64,000 nucleotides of DNA from Alphaproteobacteria bacterium (GCA_964291415.2 OZ219920.1:224001-288000); one strand, 5' to 3'; positions 9,175-19,909 are shown, counted from the first letter of the stretch. Notes: generated by a model from the letters alone, not told the origin. Program-made: numbers and translations.

Positions 9175-10675
9175 GGGGACCGTAGCGACTGTCCAGATCC
9201 ATGAACCTCGTGGTCTTGGAATCGAAGTGCAGCTTGGCCTCCCCGGTCGGTCCGTGCCGGTTCTTGGCGACGATGACTTCCGACACGCCGCGCATGTCCT
9301 CCATTTCCCCCTGCCATCGTTCGAGGCGACGGCGGTAGCCAGGATCGTCCTCGTCCTCTTCGTCCTTGGGCTGCGGTTCACGGCGTTCGTGGTAGTACTC
9401 CCGGCGGAACAGGAACATCACGATGTCGGCGTCCTGTTCGATGGATCCCGACTCGCGCAGATCCGACAGCAGCGGCCGCTTGTCCTCGCGCTGCTCGACG
9501 GCCCGGGAAAGCTGCGAACAGGCGATCACAGGAACGTCAAGCTCCTTGGCCAGGGCCTTGAGACCCTGGGTGATCTCGGACACCTCCTGCACCCTGTTTC
9601 TGTCGCCGCCCGGGCGGAACTCCGAGACGACGAGTTGCAGGTAGTCGACGATGAGGAGCGAGAGTCCGCCGGACTGGCGCTTGAGGCGGCGGGCACGGCC
9701 GCGCAACTGGGCGATGGTGATGGCCGGCGTGTCGTCGATGTGCAAGGGCAGGGCCGAAAGGCGGTGAGCCGTGGTTACCAGGTTCTCGAAGTCGGACTGC
9801 TTGATTCGGCCGGTGCGGATCAACTGCGAGGGGATGTCGGCTTCCACGGCAAGCATCCGTGCGACCAGCTGCTCGGCGGACATTTCGAGGGAAAAGATGC
9901 CAACCCGGCCGGGTGAAGCGCCGTCGGAGCCGGCCTCCTCGAGGTTGCGGCTGGCGACATGGAGGGCCAGTGTGGTGGCAAGCGACGTCTTTCCCATGCC
10001 TGGGCGGGCGGCAAGAACCACGAGATCCGTCCGTGACAGGCCGCCAATTGCCTCGTCGAGATTCTTCAGCCCCGTGGACTGCCCCGCCAGTCCGCTGCCG
10101 TCGCGGAACGTGGCTTCCATCATCTCCAGGGTCGGAATCGTGACGGCGTGGAAGGACCGGAAGGCGCGTTTCACCTCGCCGTGTTCGGCAAGATCGAAGA
10201 GCGACTTTTCGGCCTCTTCGATCTGCGCCATCGCATCGTGGTCGATGGTGAACTCGTACGCGTCGCTCACCATGGTCTCGCCGATGTCGACAAGCTGCCG
10301 GCGCAGATGGTGTTCCTGGATCTGGCGGGCAAAGCCGTCGGCGTTGATGATCATGGCCGCCGATGCGGCGAGCTTGGCGAGATAACCGGTACCGCCAACG
10401 CCGGAGAGCGCCTCGTCGTCGGCAAAGAAGGCGCCCAGGGTGATGGGGGTGGCGATCTGACCCTTGTCGACGACGTGACGAATCGCCTCGTAGATCCGTC
10501 GGTGCACCGGAATGAAGAAGGACTCGGGCTGCAGGATGCGCTCGATGTCGTCGAGGATGTCGTTTTTCACCAGGAGTGCGCCCAGCAACGACTGTTCCGC
10601 CTGCTCGTTGTAGGGCAGCGGACGATACCCGGCCTCACCGTGGGGCTTGAGGTCACCGAGACCGGCTTGTGTCAT
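9158..10675 (-). CDS. dnaB: Replicative DNA helicase
   Basis: AEQSLLG, AARPGMGKT, FSLEM, VDYLQL, SQLSR, DLRESGSIEQDAD, KNRHGPTG. Confidence 0.97.
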   Translation of the reverse strand: MTQAGLGDLKPHGEAGYRPLPYNEQAEQSLLGALLVKNDILDDIERILQPESFFIPVHRRIYEAIRHVVDKGQIATPITLGAFFADDEALSGVGGTGYLAKLAASAAMIINADGFARQIQEHHLRRQLVDIGETMVSDAYEFTIDHDAMAQIEEAEKSLFDLAEHGEVKRAFRSFHAVTIPTLEMMEATFRDGSGLAGQSTGLKNLDEAIGGLSRTDLVVLAARPGMGKTSLATTLALHVASRNLEEAGSDGASPGRVGIFSLEMSAEQLVARMLAVEADIPSQLIRTGRIKQSDFENLVTTAHRLSALPLHIDDTPAITIAQLRGRARRLKRQSGGLSLLIVDYLQLVVSEFRPGGDRNRVQEVSEITQGLKALAKELDVPVIACSQLSRAVEQREDKRPLLSDLRESGSIEQDADIVMFLFRREYYHERREPQPKDEEDEDDPGYRRRLERWQGEMEDMRGVSEVIVAKNRHGPTGEAKLHFDSKTTRFMDLDSRYGPHDGSY

Positions 10676-10795
10676 GGCGCACGCGGATCTTTCATGCGCC
10701 GCAGTATGGCACGAAACCACTCCCGGAGTGGATCCGTTACGGCGAAAATAGCCGGGGATTGTCTGTGGGAATCAGGGGCTCCCAGGCCGGCCGGT

Positions 10796-12010
10796 TCAGC
10801 TGTGTGCCCGTTCCCAGTCGACCATGTAGTCGCGAATCTCCGGAGTTGCGCGACGTTCCCTGGCAAGTTGCAGCTGGAACACCATGTGCTCGCTGTTGCG
10901 GAAGGATGATTCGCTCCCCAGGAGATAGAACTCCCACATGCGGCAGAAACGTTCATCGTAGTGTTCGCGAATCCTGTCCCTGTTTTCGGCGAATCTCCGG
11001 TACCAGTGTCTCAGGGTTTCCGCGTAGTGGGTCTTCAGGATCTCGATGTCGGTGGCCATCAGCCCGGCGCGTTCCAGGGGCGCCAGCACCTCGGAGAGGG
11101 AGGGCGTGTAACCACCAGGGAAGATGTACTTGCGGATCCAGGGATTGGTATTGCTCGGTTCGCCTGTCCAGCCGATCGAGTGCAGCAGCATGACTCCGTT
11201 GCGCCGCAACAGACTGTTGATCTTGTTGAAGAACTCCGGGTAGTGGCGCGACCCGACGTGTTCGAACATGCCGACGGAGACGATCCGATCGAATGTTTCT
11301 TCAAGCTCGCGGTAGTCCTTCAGCTGGAACCTGACCCGATCTTCGAGGCCGTGTTCGGTGACGCGCCTGGTGGACACGTCGTGCTGCTCCCTTGACAGGG
11401 TCACGCCGGTGACGTCGACATCGGCAACCTGCGCCAGGTAGAGGCCCATGCCGCCCCAGCCCGAACCGATGTCGAGGACCTTCATGCCGGGTTCCAGGAG
11501 AAGCTTGGCGGCAATGTGCCGCTTCTTGTCCGCCTGGGCCTGGTCCAGCGTGCTGTTGGGGGTCGCGAAGTAGGCGCAGGAATACTGCCGGTCTTCATCG
11601 AGAAAGAGATCGAACAGTTCATCCGAGAGGTCATAGTGATGGGCGGCGTTGCGCCGGGCCCTGCCGACGGGGTTGTACTGCTGCATCGGTCCAAGCAGGT
11701 AGCGGCGCAGCCAGGTGGCCATGCGGCCCATGGAATCGTGGCGGGCGAGGTTGCGGTAGTTGCGGCCGACCACCTCCCAGAAATCGACGATCGTACCGTC
11801 CTCGATGGTGAGTGTGCCGTCCATGTAGGCCTCACCGACCGCCAGGTGGGGGTTGAGGGCAATCTTGCGGACCAGTCCCGGATCGTGGAAACGCACGGCA
11901 ACAGACGGTGCATCGCCTGGAGTGCCGAAGTCATGAACACGGTTCCGGGCGTCGATGATCCGCAGATGGCCGACCGACACGAAACGCCTGAGAAGCCCGG
12001 AGATAAGCAT
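10796..12010 (-). CDS. cfa: Cyclopropane-fatty-acyl-phospholipid synthase family SAM methyltransferase
   Basis: HHYDLS, YSCAYF, LDIGSGWGG, SVGMFEHVG, YIFPGG, RMWEFYL. Confidence 0.9.
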   Translation of the reverse strand: MLISGLLRRFVSVGHLRIIDARNRVHDFGTPGDAPSVAVRFHDPGLVRKIALNPHLAVGEAYMDGTLTIEDGTIVDFWEVVGRNYRNLARHDSMGRMATWLRRYLLGPMQQYNPVGRARRNAAHHYDLSDELFDLFLDEDRQYSCAYFATPNSTLDQAQADKKRHIAAKLLLEPGMKVLDIGSGWGGMGLYLAQVADVDVTGVTLSREQHDVSTRRVTEHGLEDRVRFQLKDYRELEETFDRIVSVGMFEHVGSRHYPEFFNKINSLLRRNGVMLLHSIGWTGEPSNTNPWIRKYIFPGGYTPSLSEVLAPLERAGLMATDIEILKTHYAETLRHWYRRFAENRDRIREHYDERFCRMWEFYLLGSESSFRNSEHMVFQLQLARERRATPEIRDYMVDWERAHS

Positions 12011-12046
12011 GCCTCCTCCCGATCGCTAAATCCGACACGGTTATCG

Positions 12047-12667
12047 TCACTCCTGGACTGGCGTGTCGTCAACGTCCTCCCCGGGCGTCTCCTCCGCCGC
12101 CTCTTCTTCCACTGCCTCTTCCTCCACGGCTCCTTCTTCCACCGCCTGCTCGTCCGCCTCCTCCTCTTCGTCGTCGGCGCGGTGGAACGTGCGGCCGGTG
12201 GCCTCCTGGATCATCGCCTCGTCGACCGTGCGTGCCACATTGGCGACAACCGTCGCCGGCACTTCCGGATGAAGAAGGGTGGTGACCTCGAAGAGACCCA
12301 GGGTCTTGATGGGGCGATCGAGGACGACCATGCGGCGGTCGACCGGAAAGCCCATGGCCGCAAGTCCGTCGGCAATGTCGCGCGCCTTGACGGAACCGTA
12401 GAGCTGCAGGTTGTCGGCCGCCTGGCGGATGAGGGTGACATGGACGCGCTCCATCTTTTCCTTGAGGGAACCCGCCACGTCGCGCTGCTCGAGGTTGTGT
12501 TCCTCGCGCTCGGCCCTCTCGGCTTCAAAGCGGGCGATGTTGTCTCGCGTCGCCCGCAGTGCCTTGCCCCGGGGCAGCAGAAAGTTGCGTGCATAGCCGG
12601 GGCGCACCGCGACCACGTCACCCATGTTTCCGAGCTTGTCGATGCGTTCAAGAAGAACGATGTCCAT
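12047..12667 (-). CDS. rplI: 50S ribosomal protein L9 with acidic C-terminal tail
   Basis: LGNMGDVVAVRPGYARNFLLP, LYGSV, PIKTLG. Confidence 0.97.
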   Translation of the reverse strand: MDIVLLERIDKLGNMGDVVAVRPGYARNFLLPRGKALRATRDNIARFEAERAEREEHNLEQRDVAGSLKEKMERVHVTLIRQAADNLQLYGSVKARDIADGLAAMGFPVDRRMVVLDRPIKTLGLFEVTTLLHPEVPATVVANVARTVDEAMIQEATGRTFHRADDEEEEADEQAVEEGAVEEEAVEEEAAEETPGEDVDDTPVQE

Positions 12668-12682
12668 TGTGGGTCTCCATAC

Positions 12683-13681
12683 TCAGGCGTCGTCGGCGAC
12701 GCCAAACCGTTCACGAAATCCCGCCCAGCAGTCGGCAAACCCGACAGCCGCGAAGGCGAGGGCGCCGAATGGCTGGAAGACGAGCACAACCACGTACCCT
12801 GCCATGAGAAACAGGGGTTGCATCCCCATGCCACGGGTGAGGGCGTGCAGGACCGCCAGACCCTGTAGCAGAAAACCCGTGCCCAGGACCAGAACAATTC
12901 CTGTCGCAAGGTAAACCACAAAGGCCGTCAGTCCGCCGGTCGATCCGCCCAGCGTGTCGACCCCCAGCGCCACCGCAGCGGCGGCGAGGGCGGCGATGGA
13001 GGGCCACATGGGAAGGCGCAGCTGCCAGAACACGGGCGAGGGACGCATCGGAGTGGCGAAGCTGACCAGAAGGCCCTGGGCCAGGGCTCCCATGACCGCA
13101 TGAGAGATCATGATGCCGCCCACCAGAGTACCTGGCACCAGGGAATCCCAGAAATCGACGAGGTCAGCCAGCGCCTGGCGTGACTCCTCGTCGGAATCCT
13201 CGAACCAGCCTCCAACCTCGTGAAGATTGCCGCGCACCGTGCCTGCGAGTCCGGCCTCGGTCATCGTGAGAACGAGGGTAAGGAGGGTGATCTCGACGAG
13301 ACCGACAACGAGGAACACTCGTGCCAGAGCGGATGCCGGGAGCCAGCGCGGCGCCTCTTCGGTCCCCGACACGGGCTGGATGGCGAGATGCGTGAGAATG
13401 AAGGCGGGAACCACGAATCCAAGGCTGTAGACGCTGGTCATCACCGGATCGAAGAACATCAGCAGGCACGCCACGGCGAGGACGCCGGCGAATCCCGATG
13501 CAAGGGACCCCCAGCCCAGACCCGCCAGGTAGATCGGCAGGGGCGAGGCCATGACCAGGAACAGACCCCAGAACGACGATGCCATGCCGAAGCCGAACAG
13601 CAGCGCGCTGACGAAGGCCGCGACCATCGCCACCAGGGGAACGAACGGGTTGAGAGGGGTTGCCTTGTCCTTCACGGGCAA
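12683..13681 (-). CDS. DUF2232/YybS-like polytopic membrane protein
   Basis: Many TM helices, LQGLAVLH motif, position between rpsR and rplI. Confidence 0.72.
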   Translation of the reverse strand: MPVKDKATPLNPFVPLVAMVAAFVSALLFGFGMASSFWGLFLVMASPLPIYLAGLGWGSLASGFAGVLAVACLLMFFDPVMTSVYSLGFVVPAFILTHLAIQPVSGTEEAPRWLPASALARVFLVVGLVEITLLTLVLTMTEAGLAGTVRGNLHEVGGWFEDSDEESRQALADLVDFWDSLVPGTLVGGIMISHAVMGALAQGLLVSFATPMRPSPVFWQLRLPMWPSIAALAAAAVALGVDTLGGSTGGLTAFVVYLATGIVLVLGTGFLLQGLAVLHALTRGMGMQPLFLMAGYVVVLVFQPFGALAFAAVGFADCWAGFRERFGVADDA

Positions 13682-13690
13682 GGGCGGCGC

Positions 13691-13927
13691 CTACTGTGCG
13701 ACGTAGGGCAACAGCGCGAGATAGCGTGCGCGCTTGATCGCCTTGGCGAGTTCGCGCTGTTTCTTGGCCGAGACGGCGGTGATGCGTGACGGAACGATCT
13801 TCCCCCGCTCGGAGATGTATCTCTGCAGCAGCTTGACGTCCTTGTAGTCGATCACCGGCGCATTGGGTCCGGAAAATGGACAGGACTTGCGACGGCGCCA
13901 GTAGGGTCTGCGGGCAGGGGCAGCCAT
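13691..13927 (-). CDS. rpsR: 30S ribosomal protein S18
   Basis: [36 protein letters not shown]. Confidence 0.97.
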   Translation of the reverse strand: MAAPARRPYWRRRKSCPFSGPNAPVIDYKDVKLLQRYISERGKIVPSRITAVSAKKQRELAKAIKRARYLALLPYVAQ

Positions 13928-14346
13928 CACGATCCTCCATCCTTCGCTTCAGCGTCCGCAGGCTCGGCGGACTGCGGTGCCTCATCGCCGGTGTTGCGCC
14001 GGATTGAGCGGTCGTCGCGGCTCGACTTGTTGCGCATCATCGGCGAGACCTCGGACTCCAGCTGATCGACACGCACCGACATGAAGCGCAGCACGTCCTC
14101 GTTGAAACGCAGGTTGCGCTCCAGCTCACCGAGCGTCTCGACGGAAGCGTCGACATTCATGAAGACATAGTGGCCCTTGCGGTTCTTCTTGATGCGGTAT
14201 GCCAGGGACTTCAAGCCCCAGATTTCGGTCTTGGGAACATCGCCGCCGCCCTCCTGGACCAGGGCTTCCATCTTTCCGGCAAGAGCCTCGACCTGTTGCG
14301 GAGAGGAATCCGGGCGGACGATAAAGACACTCTCGTAGAACGGCAT
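13927..14346 (-). CDS. rpsF: 30S ribosomal protein S6
   Basis: [34 protein letters not shown]. Confidence 0.96.
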   Translation of the reverse strand: MPFYESVFIVRPDSSPQQVEALAGKMEALVQEGGGDVPKTEIWGLKSLAYRIKKNRKGHYVFMNVDASVETLGELERNLRFNEDVLRFMSVRVDQLESEVSPMMRNKSSRDDRSIRRNTGDEAPQSAEPADAEAKDGGS

Positions 14347-14582
14347 CGAACTTTCAGCTCACATCGTTGATCCGGAACGTCAAACTCGCATCGGGCATGG
14401 TGCGGACACGACAGCAACCTGCCACCGACAGGCTCGGCGCCCGGCCGCAAGGGTGGCGCACTATAGGGACTGCACGGGGGGATGCAAGCGATTTTGCCAT
14501 CCGGCGACCGCTGGGGTCTTGACAACCGGCAGGCGGCATTCGTTGAGTGCCCGTCAGGCAACCAAGGCAGGTATGGAGTGTC

Positions 14583-15524
14583 ATGACGTGCATGTTCGTG
14601 TTTCCGGGACAGGGCAGCCAGCGCCCCGGCATGGGAGTGGCGCTCGCCGATGCCTTTGCGACCTCGCGCGAGGTGTTCGAGGAAGTCGATGACGCCCTCG
14701 GCCGCCACCTCACGCGCCTGATGCGCGAAGGCGATGCCGACGACCTGACGCTCACCAGCAATGCCCAGCCGGCCCTCATGGCGGTTTCCGTGGCCGTGCT
14801 GCGGGTGATCGTGTCCGAGAGTGGCCAACCGGTTCCGGCCTTGTGCCGACTGGCCGCCGGTCATTCCCTTGGCGAGTACTCCGCTCTTGTGGCCTCCGGG
14901 GTCCTGGGCCTTGCCGATACGGCACGCCTGCTCGACCTGCGCGGCCGGGCAATGCAGGAGGCTGTGCCAGCCGGCGAAGGCGCCATGGCGGCCGTGCTCG
15001 GACTGGAGATCGACGACGTCATCGACATCGCCGCCGAGGCGTCACGCGCCGGTGTCTGCGTAGTCGGCAATGACAACGCACCGTCGCAGGTCGTGGTCTC
15101 GGGAAAGAAGGAGGCTGTCGAATTGGCATCGGACCTGGCGTCCGAGCGCGGCGCAGGCCGCGTCGTGCCGCTTCAGGTGAGCGCACCCTTTCACTCGCCG
15201 CTCATGGAACCGGCTGCCCGGCGCATGGAAGAGGCCCTGGCGGCGGTGACGTTCGCCACTCCGGCGGTTCCGGTGGTGAGCAATGTGACGGCAAGGCCGG
15301 AGACAGCGCCGGCAGACATGCGCCGGCTCCTGGTCGACCAGATCACGGCGCGGGTGCGCTGGCGCGAGAGCATGAGCGGACTCGCGGACCACGGGGTCAT
15401 GTCGGTGGCCGAACTCGGCTCCGGCAGGACGCTGTGCGGACTGATGCGCAAGATTGACCGGGACATCAAGGCCGTTCCGGTGGAGACCCCGGATGATGTC
15501 GAGGCATTCCTCAATGCCCTTTGA
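14583..15524 (+). CDS. fabD: Malonyl-CoA:ACP transacylase
   Basis: FPGQGSQ, AQPAL, GHSLGEY, VSAPFHS. Confidence 0.96.
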   Translation: MTCMFVFPGQGSQRPGMGVALADAFATSREVFEEVDDALGRHLTRLMREGDADDLTLTSNAQPALMAVSVAVLRVIVSESGQPVPALCRLAAGHSLGEYSALVASGVLGLADTARLLDLRGRAMQEAVPAGEGAMAAVLGLEIDDVIDIAAEASRAGVCVVGNDNAPSQVVVSGKKEAVELASDLASERGAGRVVPLQVSAPFHSPLMEPAARRMEEALAAVTFATPAVPVVSNVTARPETAPADMRRLLVDQITARVRWRESMSGLADHGVMSVAELGSGRTLCGLMRKIDRDIKAVPVETPDDVEAFLNAL

Positions 15525-15600
15525 CGATCCGCGCTGGACGGATAGCCTGCTTCGACGGCGCAGGCTTACGGAGTGAACAACAGGATTGGGGAATGAGGCC

Positions 15601-16329
15601 ATGCATGACGATCTGACGGGACGGACGGCGCTCGTCACCGGAGCCTCGGGCGGCATCGGTGCCGCCATCGCGAGGCGACTGCACGCCCGGGGTGCGGCGG
15701 TCGTGCTCTCCGGACGCCGCCGCGAGGCCCTCGAGTCCCTGGCTCGGGAGCTCGGCGAGGCGGCGAGCGTTGTCGTTGCCGAACTGGGCACCGCCGATGC
15801 GGCGCGGGCCCTCGCCAAGGCTGCCGGGGACGTCGACATCATTGTCAACAATGCCGGGGTCGTCGACGATTCCCTCGCCCTTCGCCTGGGCGACGATCAG
15901 TGGCAACGGGTCATTGACCTCAATCTTTCGTCAGCCTTCCATATCATTCAGCCTCTGCTGCGCGGCATGATCAGGAGACGACACGGCCGCATCATCAACA
16001 TCACGTCGGTGGTGGGCCACACCGGCAATCCGGGACAGGCCAACTACGCCGCCGCCAAGGCCGGCCTGGCGGGAATGACAAGGTCGCTGGCCCTGGAGGT
16101 GGCGCAGCGCGGCATCACGGTGAACTGCGTGGCGCCCGGCTTCATAGATACGGCGATGACGGACCAACTGCCGGACTCGCTCCGGGATTCCATTCTCGAA
16201 CGGATTCCGGCGGGCCGCCTCGGAACGGCCGACGAGGTGGCGGCAGCCGTGGCCTGGCTTGCCGGTGACGACGCCGCCTATGTCACGGGACAGACGATCC
16301 ACGTGAATGGCGGCATGGCGATGCCGTGA
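15601..16329 (+). CDS. fabG: 3-oxoacyl-ACP reductase
   Basis: TGASGGIG, NNAG, GNPGQANYAAAK, APGFIDTAMT; fab operon context. Confidence 0.93.
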   Translation: MHDDLTGRTALVTGASGGIGAAIARRLHARGAAVVLSGRRREALESLARELGEAASVVVAELGTADAARALAKAAGDVDIIVNNAGVVDDSLALRLGDDQWQRVIDLNLSSAFHIIQPLLRGMIRRRHGRIINITSVVGHTGNPGQANYAAAKAGLAGMTRSLALEVAQRGITVNCVAPGFIDTAMTDQLPDSLRDSILERIPAGRLGTADEVAAAVAWLAGDDAAYVTGQTIHVNGGMAMP

Positions 16330-16485
16330 GCCGCCTGTTGACCATTCCCCTGCCGCCGTGGAGTCTTGACCTATCGCCTTGTTGCGGGATTATGGTAGAG
16401 ACAGGCGTTCCCCGGAGAGCATCCGTCGAGGCGGCACAAGGAACGTGACATCCCAGACTCATTCAGGACCGGAGGCGGCTCGACC

Positions 16486-16719
16486 ATGAGCGATACAGCT
16501 GAACGTGTACGATCAATCGTCATAGAGCATCTTGGAGTCGATGAATCCAAGGTTGTCGATGGTGCCAGTTTTATCGATGACCTCGGGGCCGACAGCCTCG
16601 ACACGGTTGAACTCGTGATGGCATTCGAGGATGCCTTCAGTATCGCCATACCTGATGATGCCGGAGAGAAGATCGTCACCGTCAAGGATGCGATCGACTA
16701 CATCGAGCAGCACATCTGA
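16486..16719 (+). CDS. acpP: Acyl carrier protein
   Basis: [18 protein letters not shown] phosphopantetheine site; GGAGG RBS. Confidence 0.97.
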   Translation: MSDTAERVRSIVIEHLGVDESKVVDGASFIDDLGADSLDTVELVMAFEDAFSIAIPDDAGEKIVTVKDAIDYIEQHI

Positions 16720-16752
16720 GACCGTGACTGGCAATCCTGCCTCCCGCCCGCC

Positions 16753-18036
16753 ATGGTGACAGCTGCAAGCCGGTCGCGCCGGGTCGTGGTGACCGGCCTT
16801 GGCATGGTGACGCCGCTCGGAGGGAGCGTTGCCCGCAACTGGTCCCAGATCGTCTCGGGCGTCTCGGGCATACGACGGATAGAGAACTTTCCCGTCGACG
16901 ATCTGCCGGCAAAGATTGCCGGGCAGCCGCCGCGCGGCAACGGTGACGATGCGTTCGATGCAGCACGTTACGTGGAGCCGAAGGAGCAGCGGCGCATGGA
17001 TGACTTCATCATCTATGCCATTGCCGCAGCGCAGCAGGCGGTCGAGGATGCCGACTGGATCATCGATGACGTGGAGGAGCAGCGGCGCACCGGTGTCCTG
17101 ATCGGCTCGGGCATCGGCGGACTGAAGACCATTCAGGACGGTTCCCTGATTCTGCGGGACAAGGGGCCGCGCCGGATCAGCCCCTTCTTCATCCCGTCGG
17201 CTCTCATCAACCTTGCCTCGGGCCACGTTTCCATCCGTTTCGGCTACCGCGGCCCCAACCATTCGGTGGTGACGGCCTGTTCCACCGGCGCCCATGCCAT
17301 TGGCGATGCCGCCCGGCTGATCGCGTGCGGCAACGCGGACGTCATGGTGGCCGGAGGCGCCGAGGCTGCTGTCTGCCAGCTGGGGATTGCCGGGTTTTCG
17401 GCATCACGGGCGCTTTCCACGAATTTCAACGACGAACCGGAGCGGGCTTCGCGACCCTGGGACAAGGGCAGGGACGGATTCGTCATGGGCGAGGGAGCCG
17501 GCGTCGTCGTTCTCGAGGAGTACGCCCACGCGCGGCAACGCGGAGCCCGGATCCATGCGGAGATCCTGGGTTACGGCCTGTCGGGCGATGCCCATCACAT
17601 CACGGCGCCGCCGCCCGACGGAGATGGCGGATACCGGTCGATGAAGGCCGCCATCGAGGACGCCGGACTGGCGCCCGCAGACATCGACTACATCAACGCC
17701 CATGGAACCTCGACGCCGATGGGGGATGAGATCGAGATTGGCGCCGTCAGGCGCCTCTTTGGCGACGCCGTCTCGAACATCAGCATGTCTTCGACGAAAT
17801 CGTCGATCGGACATCTGCTCGGCGCCGCCGGCAGCGTCGAGGCGATCTACACCATCCTCGCGGTCCAGAACAACCTGGTTCCGCCGACTCTCAATCTCGA
17901 CGACCCCGAGGATGTCTGCCTGGGACTCGATCTCGTTCCCCACGAAGCGAAGGAGCGTCCGGTCCGCCGGGCGTTGTCGAACTCGTTCGGTTTTGGCGGC
18001 ACCAACGCCACGCTGATCATCGGCAAGTGCCACTGA
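16753..18036 (+). CDS. fabF: 3-oxoacyl-ACP synthase II
   Basis: TACSTGAH, YINAHGTST, KSSIGHLLGAAG, SNSFGFGGTN. Confidence 0.96.
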   Translation: MVTAASRSRRVVVTGLGMVTPLGGSVARNWSQIVSGVSGIRRIENFPVDDLPAKIAGQPPRGNGDDAFDAARYVEPKEQRRMDDFIIYAIAAAQQAVEDADWIIDDVEEQRRTGVLIGSGIGGLKTIQDGSLILRDKGPRRISPFFIPSALINLASGHVSIRFGYRGPNHSVVTACSTGAHAIGDAARLIACGNADVMVAGGAEAAVCQLGIAGFSASRALSTNFNDEPERASRPWDKGRDGFVMGEGAGVVVLEEYAHARQRGARIHAEILGYGLSGDAHHITAPPPDGDGGYRSMKAAIEDAGLAPADIDYINAHGTSTPMGDEIEIGAVRRLFGDAVSNISMSSTKSSIGHLLGAAGSVEAIYTILAVQNNLVPPTLNLDDPEDVCLGLDLVPHEAKERPVRRALSNSFGFGGTNATLIIGKCH

Positions 18037-18045
18037 GACTCCGCG

Positions 18046-19023
18046 GTGGGCCGGAAAGCGGGGGTTGTCGCCAGTCTCTTCGGTACCGGCGTCATCGTCC
18101 TGGCCACCGCATTCCTGTGGTTCCAGGCGGCACTGGAGAGGCACGGCCCCCTGGAGGCTCCGGCCACCCTGATCATCCCTGAAGGAACCGGCGCGGCCGA
18201 GATCGCAGAGAGACTCCACGCCAGCAACATCATTGACAGCACCACGCTCTTCCGGCTGCACACGCTTGCGCGCGGCAATGCCCACCTCCTGAAGGCCGGC
18301 GAGTATGCCTTCGGGTCCGGTGAGACCCTTGGCAGCGTCATCGCGAGGCTGGTCAGTGGCGACACCGTGGTCCATGCCCTCACGCTTCCCGAAGGATTGA
18401 GCAGTGCCGCGGCGCTTGCCATCATCGAAGCCCACTCTGCCCTCGAGGGAACGGTCGCCGCCACGCCCCGGGAGGGCTCGCTGTTGCCCGAAACCTATCA
18501 CTTCGAGCGCGGCACGACGCGCCAGGAGCTCGTCGAACGCATGATGCAGGCCATGGAGGCCGCTGTCGCCGAACTGTGGGCCGTTCGGGCCGGGGGGTTG
18601 CCGCTGGCCTCGCCGGCGGAAGCGGTGATCCTTGCCTCGATCGTCGAGAAGGAGACCGGCAGGGCGGATGAACGCCGGCATGTTGCCGGTGTCCTGGTCA
18701 ACCGCCTTGAGCGCGGCATGCGCCTGCAATCAGATCCGACGGTCATCTATGCCCTGACCAGGGGGGCCGAGCCGCTTGGCCGGGATCTGCTGCGCTCGGA
18801 CTGGCAGCTCGATGATCCCTACAACACCTACCGTCACAAGGGACTGCCTCCCGGACCCATTGCCAACCCGGGGCGCGAGGCCATCGCGGCGGTCCTCGAT
18901 CCGCTCGACACCCCGGATCTCTACTTTGTTGCCGATGGATCAGGCGGCCATGCCTTTGCCGCCACTCTCGAGGAACACAACCGCAACGTTGTTCGCTGGC
19001 GGCGCCATCGTTCCGGCAACTGA
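18046..19023 (+). CDS. mltG: Endolytic murein transglycosylase MltG
   Basis: N-terminal TM, LASIVEKET, LQSDPT, PYNTY, GLPPGPIANPG, LYFVADG. Confidence 0.94.
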   Translation: MGRKAGVVASLFGTGVIVLATAFLWFQAALERHGPLEAPATLIIPEGTGAAEIAERLHASNIIDSTTLFRLHTLARGNAHLLKAGEYAFGSGETLGSVIARLVSGDTVVHALTLPEGLSSAAALAIIEAHSALEGTVAATPREGSLLPETYHFERGTTRQELVERMMQAMEAAVAELWAVRAGGLPLASPAEAVILASIVEKETGRADERRHVAGVLVNRLERGMRLQSDPTVIYALTRGAEPLGRDLLRSDWQLDDPYNTYRHKGLPPGPIANPGREAIAAVLDPLDTPDLYFVADGSGGHAFAATLEEHNRNVVRWRRHRSGN

Positions 19024-19040
19024 CAGGCGCTACCCGCACC

Positions 19041-19832
19041 TCACCCTTTAGGGGGAGCTTCCGGCGTCGCAGGCTTGGACGGCATGCGGGAGAGCAGCCG
19101 GTCCGTGAGCGCCGGCGGCAGGACCGCAAGAAGCTGGACGAGCCAGGTCGTCTGCCATGGGAAGGCAATGCGTCCGCGGTCGCGTTCCAGTCCCTTCCTG
19201 ATGAGGCGAGCGGCGCGCCTCGCGTCCATGAGAAACGGCATGGTGTAGGGATTGTCCCTGCTCATCGGGGTCTCCACGAATCCGGGGCAGATGACCGAAA
19301 GGCGCACGCCATGGTGGCGCAACCAGACTCGCTGGCCCTCGCCCCACACGCGCAGGGCTGCCTTGCTGGCGCAGTAGGCCGGCGCGCCCGGGAATCCCCT
19401 GAAGCTGGCAAGGGACGACATCACCGCGATCTGTCCCTGGCCCCGTGTCACCATCATGTGCATCGCCGGCAGGACGGTGTTGAAGACTCCGTCCACGTTG
19501 ACGCGGAAGAGGTGGCGCACCTGGTCTGCCGATTCGCCCGTGTAGCCGGAGCCGGCGGAGACGCCGGCGTTGGCGATCACCAGATCCAGGGCGCGGGTGT
19601 CGTTGCAGTCCGCCATCCAGCTCTCCATGGCGTCCCGGTCGGTCACGTCCACTGTTTGCGCGATGCAGCAGGCGCCGGCGCGGCGACAGTCGTCCGCGAC
19701 TGCTTCCAGGCGCGGTTCATCGCGCCCGCCGAGAAAAAGCGTGGTGTCCGGGGCGGCATAGACCCGGGCAAGTGCGGCTCCGATGCCGCTTGATGCGCCG
19801 GTCACGAGGATGGAGGACGGAGTTCGGGTCAT
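19041..19832 (-). CDS. SDR family oxidoreductase
   Basis: TGASSGIG, ANAG, YCASK, PGFVETPM. Confidence 0.88.
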   Translation of the reverse strand: MTRTPSSILVTGASSGIGAALARVYAAPDTTLFLGGRDEPRLEAVADDCRRAGACCIAQTVDVTDRDAMESWMADCNDTRALDLVIANAGVSAGSGYTGESADQVRHLFRVNVDGVFNTVLPAMHMMVTRGQGQIAVMSSLASFRGFPGAPAYCASKAALRVWGEGQRVWLRHHGVRLSVICPGFVETPMSRDNPYTMPFLMDARRAARLIRKGLERDRGRIAFPWQTTWLVQLLAVLPPALTDRLLSRMPSKPATPEAPPKG

Positions 19833-19909
19833 GGCATTCCAGGGCGAGAGTGACTCTGGTGAAGCGCCCATGATATCACCCTCCACTCTTGCGCAGTCGG
19901 AGGCGGTTC

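Noticed and set aside
10763-10773. DnaA-box-like TGTGGGAAT upstream of dnaB
   Set aside because: Single degenerate match; chance occurrence likely
14347-14582. Possible S6:S18 leader RNA upstream of rpsF
   Set aside because: Could not identify the conserved hairpin with confidence by eye; needs an Infernal search
16366-16396. TTGACC...TATGGT promoter candidate for acpP
   Set aside because: 19-bp spacing is non-canonical; support too weak
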